Shown here in pieces: positions 52,876-55,110 of a stretch of 55,110 bases of DNA. The first letter of the stretch is position 1. The number at the start of each line of letters is the position of its first letter. Position numbers and translations under genes: made by a program. The notes below the pieces were generated by a model. It did not search any database. It was not told where the DNA came from and saw only the letters and a list, made by a program, of their open reading frames with translations. Source of the stretch: an uncultured Pelagibacteraceae bacterium (GTDB lineage: Bacteria > Pseudomonadota > Alphaproteobacteria > Pelagibacterales > Pelagibacteraceae); assembly GCA_902607215.1 (NCBI GenBank), contig CACLJJ010000001.1, positions 1 through 55,110 of the forward strand. Direction: 5' to 3'.

Positions 52876-53741
52876 TTGTTTCTCTCTAAAATACAATCAA
52901 TTGTACTTTTTAAATCGTTAGCCTTGTTTCCAAAAATTTTTAGCCTTTTAAATATATTTAATTTTAATTTATTGGAGTATTTAATAGTATTTTTATAACC
53001 TAGCAAACTAATTAACGTAGCTTTGCCTTTTTTAAAATCTTTTTTTGTTTTTTTTCCTGCTTTTTTTGTACTACCAGCATAGTCAATTAAATCATCTGTT
53101 ATTTGAAATAATAAACCAATGTCCGACCCAATTTTGTCAAATTTTTTAAGATAATTAAATTTTTTACTAATAATTACAGGTGACATACAACAAAAACTAA
53201 AAAGTTTACCAGTTTTTTTAATCTGCATTTCAATAATTTTTTTTAAAGGAATTTTTTTACGTTCCAATTTTAAATCTAAATATTGTCCACCTGCTATCCC
53301 AGAATGTCCAGAACATTTAGATATTAAATTTATTAATTTTGTTTTTGTTTTTTCATCTTGTTTAAAATTATTTTGACTTAAAATTTCAAAAGCAATGGTA
53401 AGTAATGAATTCCCAGCAAGAATTGCTGTCGACTCTCCGAATTTCTTATGAGCAGATAGCTTGCCTCTTCTTAAGGAATCGTTATCCATACATGGCAGAT
53501 CGTCATGAATTAAGGAATATGCATGAATACATTCTACGGCAGCGCCTATTTGAATTAAATTTTGATATTTTACTTTAAAAATTTTTCCCACATCAACAAT
53601 CAATTTTGATCTTATTTTTTTACCACCAGGGAGTAAACCATAAATTATGGGTTTTATTAAATCTGTTTTTTTTTGCTTTGATAAAAATCTTGATAAAAAT
53701 AAATTTGTATCCTTGGCAATTTTATTTAACTTTTTTTTCAT
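52872..53741 (-). CDS. ispA: Farnesyl diphosphate synthase
   Basis: [21 protein letters not shown] and FQITDDLID motifs; xseB-ispA-dxs synteny. Confidence 0.93.
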   Translation of the reverse strand: MKKKLNKIAKDTNLFLSRFLSKQKKTDLIKPIIYGLLPGGKKIRSKLIVDVGKIFKVKYQNLIQIGAAVECIHAYSLIHDDLPCMDNDSLRRGKLSAHKKFGESTAILAGNSLLTIAFEILSQNNFKQDEKTKTKLINLISKCSGHSGIAGGQYLDLKLERKKIPLKKIIEMQIKKTGKLFSFCCMSPVIISKKFNYLKKFDKIGSDIGLLFQITDDLIDYAGSTKKAGKKTKKDFKKGKATLISLLGYKNTIKYSNKLKLNIFKRLKIFGNKANDLKSTIDCILERNK

Positions 53742-53976
53742 TTTTTTTAATTAATATTTTGCTAATTTTTTCTTTTGTAATCTGGGATATTTTTTTTGAA
53801 GTATTTTGAAATTTTTTCTCAATTAAATTGTTTAATCTTATTAACATTTGATAATCATTAATTGAGCTTTCAAGATTTTTTTTATTTTCAAGATTTTCAA
53901 TAATCTTATTTGCTAGTTTTGTAAGCTGATTAAGAGATTTGTTTTTAATATCATCTGGCAAATTTTTATCTTTCAT
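53722..53976 (-). CDS. xseB: Exodeoxyribonuclease VII small subunit-like protein
   Basis: Small helical protein (IIENLE...LESSI) in the conserved xseB-ispA-dxs position; divergent sequence; ATG 53976 chosen to avoid overlap with the next gene. Confidence 0.65.
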   Translation of the reverse strand: MKDKNLPDDIKNKSLNQLTKLANKIIENLENKKNLESSINDYQMLIRLNNLIEKKFQNTSKKISQITKEKISKILIKKNEKKVK

Positions 53977-53996
53977 ATAATAGTTGGTAATATTAC

Positions 53997-54929
53997 ATGA
54001 AAAACAATTTTTCAAATATTAAAAAATCTAAATACTATTTAGATAAAAATGAGTGCATTGGCATTCCTACAGAAACTGTATATGGATTAGCTGCAAACGC
54101 ATATTCTCAAAAAGCAACATCTAAAATATTTAAATTAAAAAAAAGGACTAAAAAAAACCCTCTTATAGTACACTACCATAATCTAAAAATGTTAAAAAAT
54201 GATTGTCAAACTAATGCTTACTTTATTAAACTGTATAAAAAACTTTGTCCGGGTCCTATAACTTTTGTTTTAAGGCTAAAAAAAAGTAGCAACATTTCTA
54301 AAAACGTTACAAATAAGAAAAAAACTTTAGCAGTTAGATTTCCTAAACATTCAGTTACTAGAAAACTTCTTAAAGAACTCAAATATCCCTTAGCAGCTCC
54401 AAGCGCAAATATCTCATCTAGAATTAGTCCGGTGTCTAAAGAAGATGTAAAGGATGAGTTCGGAAAAAAAATTAAATTTATTATTGACGGCGGTAGATCA
54501 AAAATAGGTTTGGAGTCAACTATAGTTAGTTTGATAAATAAGCCTCAAATACTTAGATTAGGAGGAATAAAGGTAAGTATAATAAATAAGATTCTTAAAA
54601 CTAGACTTAAATTTAAAAATAAAAATAAAAAAATAATTATTCCTGGCCAAGGAAAAATTCATTATTCACCAGGAATTCCAATTAGATTGAACATTAAAAA
54701 ACCAAAACAATATGAGGCATTTATGTTAATTAAAAAAAAAAAATTATCTGATAAAAATTTTTACTATTTAAGTAAAACTAATAATCTAAAAGAAGCAGCA
54801 AAAAATTTATACAAAACAATGAGAATAATTAAAAATAAAAATTTTAAATGTATTGCGGTAGAAAAAATTCCAAATACAGGATTTGGAGAAGTAATTAACG
54901 ATAGATTAAAAAGAGCATCAGCTAAATGA
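53997..54929 (+). CDS. sua5: L-threonylcarbamoyladenylate synthase (Sua5 type)
   Basis: [36 protein letters not shown] and INDRLKRAS motifs. Confidence 0.92.
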   Translation: MKNNFSNIKKSKYYLDKNECIGIPTETVYGLAANAYSQKATSKIFKLKKRTKKNPLIVHYHNLKMLKNDCQTNAYFIKLYKKLCPGPITFVLRLKKSSNISKNVTNKKKTLAVRFPKHSVTRKLLKELKYPLAAPSANISSRISPVSKEDVKDEFGKKIKFIIDGGRSKIGLESTIVSLINKPQILRLGGIKVSIINKILKTRLKFKNKNKKIIIPGQGKIHYSPGIPIRLNIKKPKQYEAFMLIKKKKLSDKNFYYLSKTNNLKEAAKNLYKTMRIIKNKNFKCIAVEKIPNTGFGEVINDRLKRASAK

Positions 54930-55110
54930 CAATTCAAATAAAAAATTTAAATAAAACATATAATAATGTTTTAGCTGTTCAAAATATAAGTTTTAAAATT
55001 AATAAAGGTTCAATAATTGGTCTACTAGGTCCAAATGGTTGTGGAAAAACAACTACTATAGGTATGATGTTGGGTCTAATTAAACCTAGTTCAGGTAGTG
55101 TTTTTATAAA
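54926..55110 (+). CDS. ABC transporter ATP-binding protein, N-terminal part; runs off the window
   Basis: Manual translation [12 protein letters not shown]...[13 protein letters not shown] (Walker A); ATGA overlap with sua5. Confidence 0.88.
   Translation, partial: MTIQIKNLNKTYNNVLAVQNISFKINKGSIIGLLGPNGCGKTTTIGMMLGLIKPSSGSVFI

Overview
Very AT-rich, densely packed alphaproteobacterial chromosome segment. The tiny intergenic gaps, Lys/Asn/Ile-rich proteins and the prpE / proteorhodopsin / ferredoxin / reductase / GST neighbourhood point to a Pelagibacterales (SAR11) genome; this is an inference from style and synteny, not a database result. About 50 CDS, mostly housekeeping (guaAB, alaS, recA, icd, glyQS, ppdK, dxs/ispA/ispB, aroC, nadAC and others), plus one intact tRNA-Leu(GAG). 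I saw no rRNA, CRISPR array, integrase or transposase. Most noteworthy: (1) a DUF1015-serC-serA cluster with no serB, where the ParB/Srx-like DUF1015 protein is a candidate for the missing phosphoserine/serine step; (2) a pxpABC 5-oxoprolinase locus beside a TRAP transporter resembling pyroglutamate-binding DctP proteins; (3) a decayed tRNA(CAT) 3' half abutting a very AT-rich three-gene nucleotide-sugar islet; (4) an unannotated 41-aa membrane peptide coupled between an ArnT/Rgt-like and a GT2 gene; (5) a secreted jelly-roll polysaccharide-lyase-like gene coupled to serA; (6) a signal-dense intergenic region before umuDC (SOS box, perfect DnaA box, three phased GANTC sites). All product calls rest on recognising motifs by eye.
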